From positions 93,266-157,265 of the forward strand of contig CAVWMM010000008.1 in assembly GCA_963756105.1 (NCBI GenBank): a DNA stretch of 64,000 bases, read 5' to 3'. Numbering within the stretch: the first letter of the stretch is position 1; every line of letters starts with the position of its first letter. The stretch is from an uncultured Solirubrobacterales bacterium. Its GTDB lineage: Bacteria; Actinomycetota; Thermoleophilia; Solirubrobacterales; Solirubrobacteraceae. Positions 32,920-47,222 of the stretch are shown piece after piece. A model generated the notes under the pieces. It was not told the DNA's origin. It worked only from the letters and a program-made list of their open reading frames with translations, and searched no databases. The position numbers were made by a program, and so were the translations under genes.

Positions 32920-33564
32920 TCACTCGCCCCGGACGAGCGGGACGAAGCGCACGCCCTCGAGCGTGGCCTGGGTGATTCCGGACTCGGTGCGACGGACCAG
33001 CGTGAGGTGCTGGGAAGCGCGGCCCACCGGCGCCACCAGGCGCGCACCCGGTGCAAGCTGGTCCACGAGCGCCGGCGGAGGGTGGGGCCCGGTCGCGGCG
33101 GCCACGTTGATGGCGTCGAACGGTGCTCGCTCGGGGAGGCCCCGCCAGCCATCGCCGACGGTGAAATGGACGCTATCGATGCCCAGCTCGCGGACCGTCC
33201 TGGAGGCGGTCTGTGCGAGGTCGGGATGGCGCTCGATCGTGTACACCTCGCCCGCCAGCAGCGCGAGCAGCGCGGCGTGGTAGCCCGATCCCGTTCCGAC
33301 GTCGAGCACGCGATCGCTGGGCGCGAGCTCCAGCAGCTCGAGCATCCGCGCCACCACCAGGGGTTGAGAGATCGTCTGGTCGCACGCGATCGGAAGCGCG
33401 ACGTTGGCGTATGCGCGGTCGCGCAACGACGGCTCGACGAACCGCTCGCGCGGGATCGAGGCGATCGCCGCGAGCACCCGCAGATCGCCGATCGCGGGTG
33501 CCAGTCGTAGCGCGAGCTTGGTCGCCTCGCTCACGCCGTCGGCCGGTCTCTCAGAGGGCTCCAT
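32920..33564 (-). CDS. pcm: Protein-L-isoaspartate O-methyltransferase
   Basis: PRERFV, QTISQP, VLDVGTGSGY, PFDAI and VRFVPL motifs. Confidence 0.9.
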   Translation of the reverse strand: MEPSERPADGVSEATKLALRLAPAIGDLRVLAAIASIPRERFVEPSLRDRAYANVALPIACDQTISQPLVVARMLELLELAPSDRVLDVGTGSGYHAALLALLAGEVYTIERHPDLAQTASRTVRELGIDSVHFTVGDGWRGLPERAPFDAINVAAATGPHPPPALVDQLAPGARLVAPVGRASQHLTLVRRTESGITQATLEGVRFVPLVRGE

Positions 33565-34210
33565 GCTCGAGCAGCTCCTTGATGCGCGCCAGGAAACGCC
33601 CAGCCGCCGGCCCGTACAAGATGCGGTGATCGCACGCAAGGATGAGCGTCATCGTCCGGCCGGCCACGACCTCGCCTCCGCGGACCACCGGCGTTTCGCG
33701 GACCTCGCCCGCCGCTATCGCCGCGGCCTGGCCGCTCCAGACGAGGGGCACCTCCCACGCCACGCCGGCGACCTCGTGGTGCACGAGCGTGAAGGTCGCG
33801 CCCCCGCGCTCGGGCTGCGTCAGCGAAGCGGCGCGGGCGCGCAGGTCGGCGATCGCCTCGGTGAGCTCCGCGAGCGACATTAAGTCGGCGTCGACCACCG
33901 TCGCCGTCACGAGGTCGTCCGCGCTGGGGATCAGCAGGCCGACGTTGATCCGCGGGTACAGCTCGAAGTGGCCGTCACGGTAGCCCGCGTTCGCTCGGGG
34001 GTGGTCGCGCAGCGCGAGCGCACAGGCGCGCGTGAGCAGCGCGGTCAGCGAGTGCGCCCCCCCGTCGCAGACCGCGAGCGCGCGCTCCAGGTCGGCCTCG
34101 GCCCCCAACTCGAGGTCGGGGACGGTCGCCCGTGACTCGGCGGCCCTACGCGCGACGGTTCTCTGGGCGCGCGTGGGCATCTCGACCTCTGCCCGGCCGC
34201 GCGCGGTCAC
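33551..34210 (-). CDS. 2-oxoacid dehydrogenase E2 catalytic domain only (no lipoyl domain)
   Basis: QRTVARR..ES..TVP, LRDHP..N, GATFT and ACDHRILYG motifs. Confidence 0.75.
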   Translation of the reverse strand: MTARGRAEVEMPTRAQRTVARRAAESRATVPDLELGAEADLERALAVCDGGAHSLTALLTRACALALRDHPRANAGYRDGHFELYPRINVGLLIPSADDLVTATVVDADLMSLAELTEAIADLRARAASLTQPERGGATFTLVHHEVAGVAWEVPLVWSGQAAAIAAGEVRETPVVRGGEVVAGRTMTLILACDHRILYGPAAGRFLARIKELLEHGAL

Positions 34211-34464
34211 CGCGCGCCTCCGCCCGCGGGATCCACGCGCGACCAAGCGGCCAGGAAGTCGCTCGCGTCAAGCGCGGCCAGATCCGCCCGCAGCTGGCGC
34301 TCGAGCTTGGCGGCCGCCCTCGCCGGGAGCTCCCAGTAGAAGATCACCTCGCCGGTGTCGACAGACACGACCTCCAACCGGTCAAGCCGACGGCGATCGG
34401 CCAAGAACGCGGGCTCGCGGCCGTCGCGGGAGACGAGCAGCTCGAACGCGCGGTTGGCTCTCAC
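34207..34464 (-). CDS. Small hypothetical protein (85 aa)
   Basis: GTG start with GGAG upstream; DRLEVVSVDTGEVIFYWE; GTGA-type overlap with the E2 gene. Confidence 0.55.
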   Translation of the reverse strand: MRANRAFELLVSRDGREPAFLADRRRLDRLEVVSVDTGEVIFYWELPARAAAKLERQLRADLAALDASDFLAAWSRVDPAGGGAR

Positions 34465-34495
34465 CGCCCACTCCGGTCGTTGGTCGCAGTCCGGC

Positions 34496-35104
34496 TCACG
34501 TCGCCGCCAATAGCGCGTCGGCGGCCTCGTCGAGTCCGCCGTCGCCCTCGTACACGGCATCGCCGACGGTGAGCGCCGGGAGGCGGCGGACTCCGGCAGC
34601 CACGGCCCGTTCGGTGGCCTCCTCGAGCGCGCGCTGGACCGAGGCCAGGCGCAGCGCCCCGAGCACGGCGGTGGGGTGCATCTCACACGCCGCCGCGGCG
34701 ATCACGACGGTGTCGGGATCGTCCAGGTCCCTTCCGGCCGCGAACGCCTGTCGAAACGCGGCCAGCGAGAACGCGGTAACACGGCCGATCGACTTGGCGT
34801 AGCCGGCGGCCCGCATCGCGAGCCCGGAATCGGGCGGCCAACGCGTGGGCCAGCGGATCGGCTGAAGCCCTCGGTTCGCGGCGACGCGCTCGAACGCGGG
34901 CCGATTGGGCTCGGGGCCGAGTCCTGGGAATCCTCCCGCCGCAGGCCGAGCGGCTAGTCGGCTGCCGAGCACGGGCTCCCACTGGGGCGCCAGGGGAAGG
35001 ACCGCCGAGACTCGTTCGGCCGCGAGGTAGCACTCGGGGCTGCCGAGGTCGTAGTAGAAGGTCGCCGTGGGCCCGTCCACGTCCCGGCTAGTCGGGAGCC
35101 CCAC
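34496..35104 (-). CDS. DsbA/2-hydroxychromene-2-carboxylate isomerase (GST-kappa) family protein
   Basis: FYYDLGSPECYLA and AGVRRLPALTVGD..YEGD motifs. Confidence 0.75.
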   Translation of the reverse strand: MGLPTSRDVDGPTATFYYDLGSPECYLAAERVSAVLPLAPQWEPVLGSRLAARPAAGGFPGLGPEPNRPAFERVAANRGLQPIRWPTRWPPDSGLAMRAAGYAKSIGRVTAFSLAAFRQAFAAGRDLDDPDTVVIAAAACEMHPTAVLGALRLASVQRALEEATERAVAAGVRRLPALTVGDAVYEGDGGLDEAADALLAAT

Positions 35105-35113
35105 AGGACCACC

Positions 35114-36483
35114 CTACCCGTGGATCAGCCAGCCGTCGGCCGCGCGGGCCGCCTCCATGATCGCCTCGGAGAGGGTGGGATGACCATGGATGGTGCGCGC
35201 GAGCTCCGGATAGCCGCCTTCCAGGACGCGCACGTTCAACAGCTCTTGAATCAACTCGGTCGCGCGCGACCCGACGATATGCCCGCCGAGCAACTCGCCA
35301 TAGCGCTTTTCGCCGACGATCTTCACCAGCCCATTCCGGTCGCCGTACACAGTTCCCGCGCCGACGGCGCCGTACTGGACCTTCCCGATCACCACGTCGT
35401 GCCCCTGCGCCCGAGCCTCCTCCTCGGTCAGTCCGAAGCTGGCCACGTTGGGCGTGCAAAAGGTCGCCCTGGGGATGTCCTGATACTCGATCGGGTGGAT
35501 CTTCATCCCCGCGGCGGCTTCGACCGCGATCACGCCTTCATCCGAGGCCTTGTGGGCCAGCGCGGGGCCGTCCACGAGGTCCCCGATGGCGTAGACACCG
35601 TCCGCGCTGGTGCGCTGCGCTCCGTCTACCTCGATCAGTCCACTCTCGCCGCGGCGGACTCCTACGGCTTCGAGCCCCAGCCCCTCGACGTCGGGTGCTC
35701 GGCCCGTCGCGATCACGAGCCACTCCACCTCGGACTCCTGGTCGCCGTGCCTGAACTTGACCGAGCTTTCTCTCGGCTCTACCTGCTGGACGAGCGTCGA
35801 GGTGTGGATCGCGATCCCCTGGCGCTTGAGACCGCGCTCGGCGACCTTCGAGATGTCGGCGTCCTCGGTCGGAAGGACGCGGTCCAGCGCCTCGAACAGC
35901 ATCACCTCGGTGCCGAGCCGGGCATAGCCCGAGGCGATCTCCGCCCCGGAGGCCCCGCGCCCACGACCGCCATCGACCTCGGCAGCTCAGCCAGCGCCCA
36001 CGCCTCCTCGGTCCCGATCACGCGCCCCCCGAAGTCGGTACCCGGGATCGGCTTCTTCACCGAGCCCGTGGCGAGCACGATCGTCGGCGCCTCGAGCCGG
36101 CGCTCGTCGACCGTGACCGCGCCTGCAGAGGCCAGCGCGCCCTGGCCGGGGATCGTCTCCACGCCGTTCTTTTTCAGCAGCATCGCCACGCCGCCCGTAA
36201 GGGTCGAGACCACCTTCTCGCGTCGGCCCGAGAGCGCCGGGTAGTCGACCTCGGGCTCGCCCACCTTGACCCCAAATTCGCCGGCTTCCCGCACCTCCGA
36301 GAGGACGTCGGCCGAGCGCAGAACGGCCTTGGCGGGGATGCACGCATAGTTGAGGCAGCGGCCGCCGACTTTGTCCTTCTCGACCACGGCCGTCTTCATT
36401 CCGAGTTGCGCAGCGCGGATCGCGGCCACGTATCCACCCGGGCCAGAGCCGATCACGACACAGTCATACGAGGAATCCGGCAT
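35114..36483 (-). CDS. lpdA: Dihydrolipoyl dehydrogenase, frameshift near 35950
   Basis: IGSGPGGY, GGRCLNYACIPAK, YAIGD, LAHKA and HPTLSE motifs. Confidence 0.93.
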
Positions 36484-36516
36484 CTCCTACGGAGCCTATA
36501 GAACGTCTTGCCGGCG

Positions 36517-37100
36517 TTACTGCCGGGCCCTGGTCGGCATCTGGATGCGGCTGAGCACGCGTACCAGCTTGTAGAAGAGAAAGCCGCCGCCGCAGACGAC
36601 TACGATGGCGATCACGACCCCCGCGACGTTGCTGGCCCTGATCAGCGCGAGCGAGAAGAAGAGGACGACGAAGGCGAGAATCGCCTGAAATCCCAGGACC
36701 GCCCAGTAGCGCATCCGCCACATCCCGGCGGCGGCGACGAGCATCAGCACGGAGAAAAAATCACGCCGCCCTTGCGGGATGGGTCCCCCCAAAGCCAATG
36801 TTCCCTCCAGCAGCACGTCGACCAGGTCCCCCGCGCCGATCAGGACGGCGACCAACACCGCCACCCGGATCGACCAGGGTCGTTCGCCCGCCCGTAGGGC
36901 TCAAGCGTCGCGCGCACGGCCGCATTCTTGCGCTCGGAGCGGCTGACCTCGCAGCGGCCGCTTCGGCGCTCCGGTTGGCTGAGCGGCCACGTCCGTGTCT
37001 GCTCCGGGCTGGCGACAGGCGGCACGGCGACACTCGTCGCCGCCGGCGAACCCGTGGTGGCCCTGAAGCGCCTCCCCCGCTTGCGGCTACGCTGCCCCAA
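36517..37100 (-). CDS. Hypothetical membrane protein, frameshifted
   Basis: Basic N-terminus (SERKNAAVRATLEP), then TMs with GMWRMRYWAVLGFQ and FYKLVRVLSRIQMP. Confidence 0.6.
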
Positions 37101-37758
37101 CCGGCTCTCGCTTGGTTTGAGCGCGACGCCTCAGCCGCCGCGCCGCCGCCTCGGGGTCCTGGGCTTCGACGAGCGCTCGCACGACGGCGATTCGTCGCGC
37201 GCCGGCCGCCACGCGCCACCCACCGTGCGCTCGTCGATCCCTCCGATCGCAAAGAATGGCACCACCGCGTGTTCGCGGCGCGTAGCGGATCAGGTCGAGA
37301 CCCACCGCCTGGCGGCCGGGCTTGGTCGGAGTCTCGTACACAGGTCCGACGCCGATGTAGTCGGGAGCTCGTCGGCGGTGTCGACTTGGGTCGGGGTGTG
37401 GGTGGAGCGCCCTACCAGCCGCTCCGCGCCGACCAGGGCGCGAGCCCGGCCCACGGACATGTCGTCCTGGCCGACGTGGACTCCGTCGGCACCCGCCTCT
37501 GCGACCAGGTCGGGCCGGTCGTTGAGGATGAACAGCGCGCCGTGCGCCGCGCACAGCCGCGCGAAGCGGCGCGCGGTGGAGACGATCTCCTCGTCGGGCG
37601 CGTCCTTGAGCCGCAGTTGTACGACGTCGACGCCGCCGCGCAGCGCCGCGTCGAGAAAGGCGTCGTCCTGCGCGCCGCAGACGAGGTAGAGGCGGGCCGA
37701 TTGCAGGCGCTTGCGCGGTCGGCTCCTCCCTGCCGTTAGGTTCGCGGGCTCGCTCCAC
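37087..37758 (-). CDS. thiE: Thiamine-phosphate synthase, frameshifted
   Basis: VVQLRLK, LFILNDRPD, GADGVHVGQDD, GRSTH and GPVYETPTKP motifs. Confidence 0.9.
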   Translation of the reverse strand: MERAREPNGREEPTAQAPAIGPPLPRLRRAGRRLSRRGAARRRRRRTTAAQGRARRGDRLHRAPLRAAVRGARRAVHPQRPARPGRRGGCRRSPRRPGRHVRGPGSRPGRRGAAGRALHPHPDPSRHRRRAPDYIGVGPVYETPTKPGRQAVGLDLIRYAPRTRGGAILCDRRDRRAHGGWRVAAGARRIAVVRALVEAQDPEAAARRLRRRAQTKREPVGAA

Positions 37759-37972
37759 GCCCGTCTCCCGAGAGCCGGCCGCCCGCTCGAAGTCCCGGCG
37801 GCGGACTGCGCGGGGCATCGTCCTCGGTCGGGGCATACCTTCCAGGTATTGCACCTCCCTGCGTCCTCCCCCCAACTTGATCCGGCGCTCGCCGGCCGCA
37901 CACGCGGAGTTTCCGGATGAATTCTGGCGCTAGCATCGAAGCCTGAAGTCGCCGAGTGGACAGTCATTTGAG

Positions 37973-39118
37973 GTGATCGTCATCGGCGGCGGCGTGATCG
38001 GACTGGCGGTCGCGTGGCGGCTCGCCCAGCTGGGGGCCAGGGTAGCTGGTGCTCGAGCGAGGCGAGCCCGGCCGTGGGACTTCTCACGTCGCCGCCGGAA
38101 TGCTCGCCCCCGTCTCGGAGGCCGATCCCCGCGAGGAGCCGCTGCTGCGGCTGGGGATCGCCAGCGCGCAGGCCTATCCCGCATTCGTGGCCGCGCTGCG
38201 GGAGGCGTCGGGGCTGGATCCGGGCTATCTGCGCTGCGGGACGCTGATCGCCGCGCGCGATCGCGATGAGGCCGAGGCGCTCGAGCGCGAGCTCGCAGAT
38301 CCGCACGAAGTTCGGCCTCGCCGTCCGGCGACTGGGGCCGACCGAAGCGCGGCGCCTCGAGCCCGCGCTCACCCCCACGCTCCGGGGCGCGCTGGAGGTC
38401 GCCGACGACCACGCGATCGACCCACGCGCGCTGACCACGGCGCTCGCTCGCCGCGGTCCGCCACGCGGGCGGCGAAGTCCGCACGGGTGTCGAGGTCTCC
38501 GAGCTCGAGCTGGGCGCCGAGGATGCCGTGCGGGCGGTCCGCTGCGGCGACGGCGAGCGGGTGGCGCGGCGAGGCCGTGGTGGTCGCGGCCGGCATCTGG
38601 TCCGCGGGCTTGGAGGCTTGCCTCCCGACGCGCAGGTCCCGCTGAGGCCGGTGAAGGGCCAGATCATGCGCCTGCACGACCCTGCGGGGCCGGGTCTGAT
38701 GACGAGGGCGCTGCGCCTGCCCGCGGCCTACCTCGTGCCACGCGGCGATGGCCGCTACGTGCTCGGCGCGACGGTCGAAGAGCGCGGCTTCGACACGACC
38801 GTCACCGCCGGGGCCCTGTTCGAGCTGCTGCGCGACGCAGTCGAGCTGGTGCCGGGCGTCGGCGAGCTCGTGATCGACGAGCTCTCGGCCGGGCTCCGGC
38901 CGGGAACTCCTGACAACGCGCCGGTCATCGGCGCGGGCGCCGTTCCCGGCCTCTTCTGGGCCACGGGCCACTACCGCCACGGGATCCTGCTCGCCCCGGT
39001 CACCGCCGAGCTGGTCGCGGCCGCCGTCCTCGGGGAGGCGTCCCGCCGCTGGGCGAGCCGTTCTCGCCGCCGCGGTTCGATCGCGGCGGGGGCCGCGATC
39101 GGGGGCGGAGCACGATGA
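37973..39118 (+). CDS. thiO: Glycine oxidase, frameshifted (possible CTG start at 37943)
   Basis: IGGGVIG, SHVAAGMLAP, PVKGQ, YLVPR, GLRPGTPDN and GHYRHGILLAP motifs; upstream of thiS-thiG. Confidence 0.9.
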
Positions 39119-39152
39119 GACAAACGCCTCCGCAAACGGGAAGCATCGCGGC

Positions 39153-41380
<2,228 letters not shown>

Positions 41381-41409
41381 CACCGAGAGTTCAACGTACA
41401 CTGGCCGGC

Positions 41410-42290
<881 letters not shown>

Positions 42291-42382
42291 TCGGTCGCTC
42301 CACTGGCTCAATCGCCCCCCTCGAGCCAACCTGGGATCAATCATCTAGGCTCGCTGGGGTACGAACCAGGAGGAGGCAGACA

Positions 42383-42977
42383 ATGTCCGCATCGAAGTCG
42401 TCTTCTTCGTCAGGCCGAGGCCGCTCGCGGCCGCGCAAACCCTCGGCACGGCGAACTTCTGCTGCAAGAAGCCCGTCGGGGGCATGGCCGACGGCCTCGC
42501 CAATCTCGTCGAGCAGCTGTCAACAGGATTCTCAGGCCCTTGGACATGGTGATGATCAGTCGCGACCGGATCCAGCAGACGCTCGACGAGGCGGCGGAGC
42601 GTGGACGCATGACTCGTAGCGACGCCAACGAGCTCGCGTGCGAGCTGCTGCGGCGCGGCCGCCAGCAGACAGACGAGCTGCTCTCCGACCTCGAGCGCCG
42701 GTGGGCCGCGGCAGGCCGGGCCTCGACTCGGCCCGCCGCCGCGCCCGCACAGTCCGAGCCCGTCGACCAGATCGTTCGCGCTGCCGACCGGGCCCGCCAT
42801 TCGGTGGGCGCGGGATTATCGTTTCCGATCTCGGGCTACGACGAGATGACCGCGAGCCAGGTGACCAAGCGGCTCGGCGATCTCAGCCGCCCCGACCTGC
42901 GCACGGTGCACGAATACGAATCTCGTCACGCCAATCGCAAGTCGGTGCTCGAGGCGATCGACAAGGCGCTGCGGTAG
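42383..42977 (+). CDS. Hypothetical protein, phasin/PhaF-like helical domain plus C-terminal PISGYDEL-type domain, frameshifted
   Basis: IQQTLDEAAERGRMTRSDA and FPISGYDEMT...YE...NRKSVL; AGGAGG RBS. Confidence 0.55.
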
Positions 42978-42979
42978 GG

Positions 42980-44342
42980 GGCAGGCGACCGCCACCAGAG
43001 CCAACACGCGGCTCCGAGCTGGAGCTGTCCGTCGACTCGCTCGCCTACGGCGGGGCGGGCGTCGCTCGCATGAACTCCTACGTCGTCTTCGTCGAGGGTG
43101 CCGTGCCGGGCGACCGGGTGCGCGCGGTCTGTGAACAAGGCCAAGCGCTCCTACGCGAACGCGCGCGTCGTCGAGGTCCTCGAGCCGGGGCCCGACCGGG
43201 TCGAACCGCTCGCTGACCATCCGGGAGCGGCTTGGCAGGTGCTGGCGTACGAGCGCCAGCTCGAGGTCAAGCGAGTGCAGGTGGAGGAGGCGCTGCGCAG
43301 GATCGGAGGGCTGGAAGCACTTCACCTTGGAGCCGACCGCCCGGCCGTCGAGCAGTGGCGCTACCGGAACAAGCTCGAGTACTCCTTCGGGGGCGGCCCG
43401 GGTGACGGGCTCGTTGCGGTTTTCACGTCCCCGGCCGCTGGGACGAGATCGTCGACGTCAGCGACTGTCTGCTGGCATCGAGGCGATCGAACGAGGTCCG
43501 CGAGCGGATCGTCTCGTGGTGCCGTCGGACAGGGCCTCGAACCCTACGACCGCCGCGCGAGACGGGCCTGCTGCGGAACCTGGTCGTGCGCGAGGGGCGG
43601 CGCACGGGCGAGTTCCAGGTGCGGCTGGTCACCAGCCAGGGGGAGCTCGACCGGCGAGGGACTCGCGGCCGCCGCCGGCGACGTCGCCGGGGTGCTGTGG
43701 ACGCGGACCTAGGCCGTCGCCGAGGTCAGCCAGGGCGGAGAGACGGAGTTGCTCGCGGGCTCCGAGTTGCTCGAGGAGGAACTGCTGGGGATGCGGTTTC
43801 GCCTCTCGCTCGGAGGCCTTCTTCCAGACCAACACCGAGATGGCGGAGCGGCTGTATCCAGACCGTCATCGAGTACGCGCAGCCGAGCGGCTTCGAGCGC
43901 GTATACGACCTCTACTGCGGCATCGGCACGATCGGTCTGCTGATGGCGCCCCGCGTGGGCCAGGTCCACGGGCTCGAGCTCTTCTCCGAGGCGGTCGCTG
44001 ACGCCATCGTCAACGCCCGCGAAAACGAGATCGACAACGCCCGCTTCTATGCGGGCGACGTCCGTCTGTCCTTGCGCGAGCTCGTCGCACGAGCGGGCAG
44101 GCCGGACATTGCAGTCGTCGACCCACCCCGCGCCGGGCTGTCCAAGAAGGTGGTGCGCCGCGATCATCGAGGCGAATCCCCGCCGAATCGTCTATGTCTC
44201 CTGCAACCCGACCACGCTCGCGCCCAACGCCGCCCAGCTCGAGGAGGCGGGCTACAAGCTCATCCGCGTCCGACCCGTCGACATGTTCCCGCAGACGCCA
44301 CACATCGAGTGCGTGGCGCTGCTGGAGCGACGGCGCGGGTAG
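42980..44342 (+). CDS. rlmD: 23S rRNA m5U methyltransferase (TrmA/RlmD family), frameshifts and one in-frame TAG; start uncertain
   Basis: TRAM-like [19 protein letters not shown]; [33 protein letters not shown] and [10 protein letters not shown] motifs. Confidence 0.88.
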
Positions 44343-44345
44343 TTA

Positions 44346-44369
44346 AGGGCGCGCCGGTCGGCGCGCCCT
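44346..44369. terminator. GC-rich hairpin between convergent genes
   Basis: AGGGCGCGCCG-GT-CGGCGCGCCCT immediately after the rlmD stop. Confidence 0.55.
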
Positions 44370-44374
44370 GCCCT

Positions 44375-46080
44375 ACTTCTAGCGGGCAGGGGTTGCCCTC
44401 TTCAGGTACAGCTTGAAGTCGTTGAAGAGGAAGGAGTGGCCGCCACCCTTCGCCGTATAGGTCTGCCCGAACAGGCGGCCGTACTGGGCGTTCTTGCCGA
44501 AGTCGTTGATATTTGGCATGTCGCCGCCGAACTGCCACACGCAGCCGATCGACGAGTTGCGTGATCGAGTACCACGGATAGAGGGCGGCCGGCTTGCCCT
44601 CGTCCGTCAGCGGGATGTTCCTGCAGTTTGCGCCGGTGCTCGTGTTGCACGGCTTTGGCCCGATCTCGATCATTCGGTAGGTCAGTCTCGAACGCCACGT
44701 TGTACTGCTTGTTGTAGTTGGGGCCCGTCGGTCGGGCTCGTGAACTGGAACGGGGTCGGGCGCAGCTTGGTGTTGCCGTTGGGCCATAGGTTCTGATACG
44801 AGGCGCCGTCGAAGCCGGGGTCGTTCGTGTACGAGCAGCCCGTGACCTTGTAGCGAAGCGCCTCCGAGCCCGGGAAGCAGAACAGGTCATCGCTGTCGCT
44901 CGCGACTCGGTTGCCAGGGTTGCCCTCCTTGTCGCCCTTGGGACAGGTCGTGGGCGTTGCCGTTCGGAAGCAGGCCGAACTCCGTGGCCGGGATCTTCTT
45001 GGGTCCGCTGCAGAACTGGAAGTGGCCGATCTCGGTGTCGAATGCGATGTTGTACGAACCGGCGGCCCAGGTCACCCGCGTCTGCGGGGTCGAGGTGCTT
45101 GTACATCGGATGGAAGTTGTACGGGATCACCTTGCAGGAGCTGCCCGTGGGCGCGAACTTGATCTGGCCGAAGCCGTTGGCCTTGCTCGCGGTCATCGAG
45201 CCGGTCTGACCGGTCGTCAGGTCGTGGATCGAGACGTTCAAGCCGTCTGGCGTGTCCTTGAACTGAACGCGCAGGTGGTCCCCCGGGTTCATGAACAGGT
45301 CCTTCTTGGCGCTGGGCGTGAAGGTCCCGGCGGTAGTCGCGTCCAGCGGGTTCGCCGGTCCCGTCGATTTGCCGTTCTTGGTGATGAAGGCGAAGTTCAG
45401 GTACTCCTCGCCGACCTTGTCCTGGCAGGTCTTGTTGAGAGTCTGCCCGGTGACCGCGTTCAACGCCAGGCTGTCGATGTTGAGCGCCGCGCACCATTGC
45501 GTTGCACTGCACGAGCTAGCTCCAACCGCCACCTGCCACGTCGGCCAGGGGATCCAGCCGGGCGGGTAGAACTGCATCTCCATGTACGCCTGGCCGACGT
45601 GCTTCGGCGAGACGGCCGGGTCGAGGATGTTGCGGTTTGAGTCGGGCGGGCAGCGGTGCACCTGCTCGGGGTAGGACTGCGTGTCGCACATGGCCATGCC
45701 GAGCCATTCCGCCCCACTGAGCTCGAATGCGTACGACTTGCCCGGCTTGAGGGGGTCACTCGCCGAGGGATCCTTCGGCAGGATCATGTTGTAGGCCATG
45801 TGGTTTCCCGCCCCCTTGGCTTTCGACTGGAACAGCACAGAGGGCTCATCGTGTCCGACGTAATGCCCGAAGATCTGCCGGGACAGCTTGCTCGAAACCT
45901 CGGTGCACATGGCGGCGGCCCACGCACAGTCGATGTGAGCGTGCTTGCCCCACGTTTTTTGCGTACCTGTGGGTTCGAGCAGACTGAACTCGGCGAGGCC
46001 ATGCTCGTGCCGGCGACCGCTGCGCCGGCTGCCGCACAGAGCAGAACACCTACGATCAGCGAGAGCCTGACGAGCTTCAC
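44375..46080 (-). CDS. Secreted Cys-rich hypothetical protein, frameshifted; 3' end approximate
   Basis: AAGGAGG RBS plus GTG; signal peptide MKLVRLSLIVGVLLCAAAG; YVGHDEPS, AMCDTQSYP, MEMQFYPPG and FETDLP fragments. Confidence 0.7.
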
Positions 46081-46271
46081 GGCTACGTACCTCCTTGATG
46101 GGGCTATTGCGTCGCAAAGTGGGTCCCAGCTTCACCGGTCCCGATCTGAGGCGCGGTGAACCTATCACCGGCTCGCCCGGTGGGGATTTTTTTTGTGTTG
46201 GCGCCGGCGCGTCCGCAGGCTGGCCCCCTATGGACGGATCGCGGCCGGTCGACCCATACAATCGCCGATCC

Positions 46272-47216
46272 GTGCGTGCCGTCACCATCCGCGATCAGCA
46301 GATCGTCATAGAGGAGCATCCGGATCCGCAGCCCGGCGCCGGCGAGGTGGTGGTGAGGGTGCGCGCCGCCGGACATCAACGGCGCCGACATGCACCAGCG
46401 CCTGGGACGCTACCCGCGCCGCCCGGGTCGCCGCAGGACATACCGGGACTGGAGCTCGCCGGTGAGGTGGAGGCGCTCGGGCCCGCGGCGCGACGCTTCA
46501 GCGAGGGCGACCGCGTCATGGGCATCGTCGGCGGCGGCGGGCAGGCGGAGCTGGCGACCGTGCACGAGCGGCAGCTGATGCCGGTCCCGCGCGCGCTGCG
46601 CTGGCTCGAGGCCGGGAGGCGTGCCCGAGGTCTTCACGACCGCGCACGACGCCTGTTCACCCAGGCCGGCCTGAAGAGCGGCGAGCGGCTGCTCGTTCAC
46701 GGCGGGGCCGGTGGTGTGGGACGGCGGCGATCCAGCTCGCCCGTGCCACCGGGGCGCGGGTCACGGCGACGGTTCGCAGCGACGATCTTTCTCGGCGGTC
46801 GGAGGAGTTGGGCGCCCGCGCGATCGCCCCCGGAGGGATTCGCCGAGCACGGCCCGTTCGACGTGATTCTCGAGCTGGTGGGCGCGCCGAACCTCAAGGA
46901 CAACCTCCAGGCCGTCGCGCAGCCAGGGCAGGATCATGGTTATCGGCATCGGCGCTGGGCGCCAGGGAGAGCTCAACCTTGGGCTGCTGATGTCCAAGCG
47001 CGTGCGCATCCTCGGCTCGACGCTGCGCCCGCGACCGCTCGAGGAAAAGGCGCTCGCGGCGCGCGCGGTGGAGCGCTCGGTGTTGCCGTTGTTCGACTCG
47101 GGAGCGCTCGAGGTGCCGGTCGCTGCCGCCTTCCCGCTCGAGCGAGCCGCCGCCGCCTACGAGCGCTTCACGCCGGCAGCAAGCTCGGGAAGGTCGTGCT
47201 CGAGATCAGCGGCTAG
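46272..47216 (+). CDS. NADPH:quinone oxidoreductase (MDR/zeta-crystallin family), frameshifted
   Basis: GINGAD, PGLELAG, LVHGGAGGVG, GSTLRPR and GKVVL motifs; -10 TACAAT at 46257. Confidence 0.85.
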   Translation: MRAVTIRDQQIVIEEHPDPQPGAGEVVVRVRAAGHQRRRHAPAPGTLPAPPGSPQDIPGLELAGEVEALGPAARRFSEGDRVMGIVGGGGQAELATVHERQLMPVPRALRWLEAGRRARGLHDRARRLFTQAGLKSGERLLVHGGAGGVGRRRSSSPVPPGRGSRRRFAATIFLGGRRSWAPARSPPEGFAEHGPFDVILELVGAPNLKDNLQAVAQPGQDHGYRHRRWAPGRAQPWAADVQARAHPRLDAAPATARGKGARGARGGALGVAVVRLGSARGAGRCRLPARASRRRLRALHAGSKLGKVVLEISG

Positions 47217-47222
47217 TGACCT

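Noticed and set aside
37720-37800. TPP-riboswitch-like text on the minus strand before thiE (CCCGCGAACCT...GCAGGGAG)
   Set aside because: Lacks CTGAGA and the P5 stem. It reads better as a GGGAG RBS plus GTG start (37758) and the thiE N-terminus. No convincing TPP riboswitch was seen for these thi genes.
44346-44369. 24-bp palindrome as a third copy of the triple-palindrome element
   Set aside because: Single unit with centre GGTC rather than CATG; adequately explained as a terminator hairpin between convergent genes.
46166-46194. Hairpin plus T8 as a plus-strand intrinsic terminator
   Set aside because: It lies between divergent genes with no upstream plus-strand gene to terminate, and the stem is separated from the T-run; it may be a promoter UP-like A-tract.
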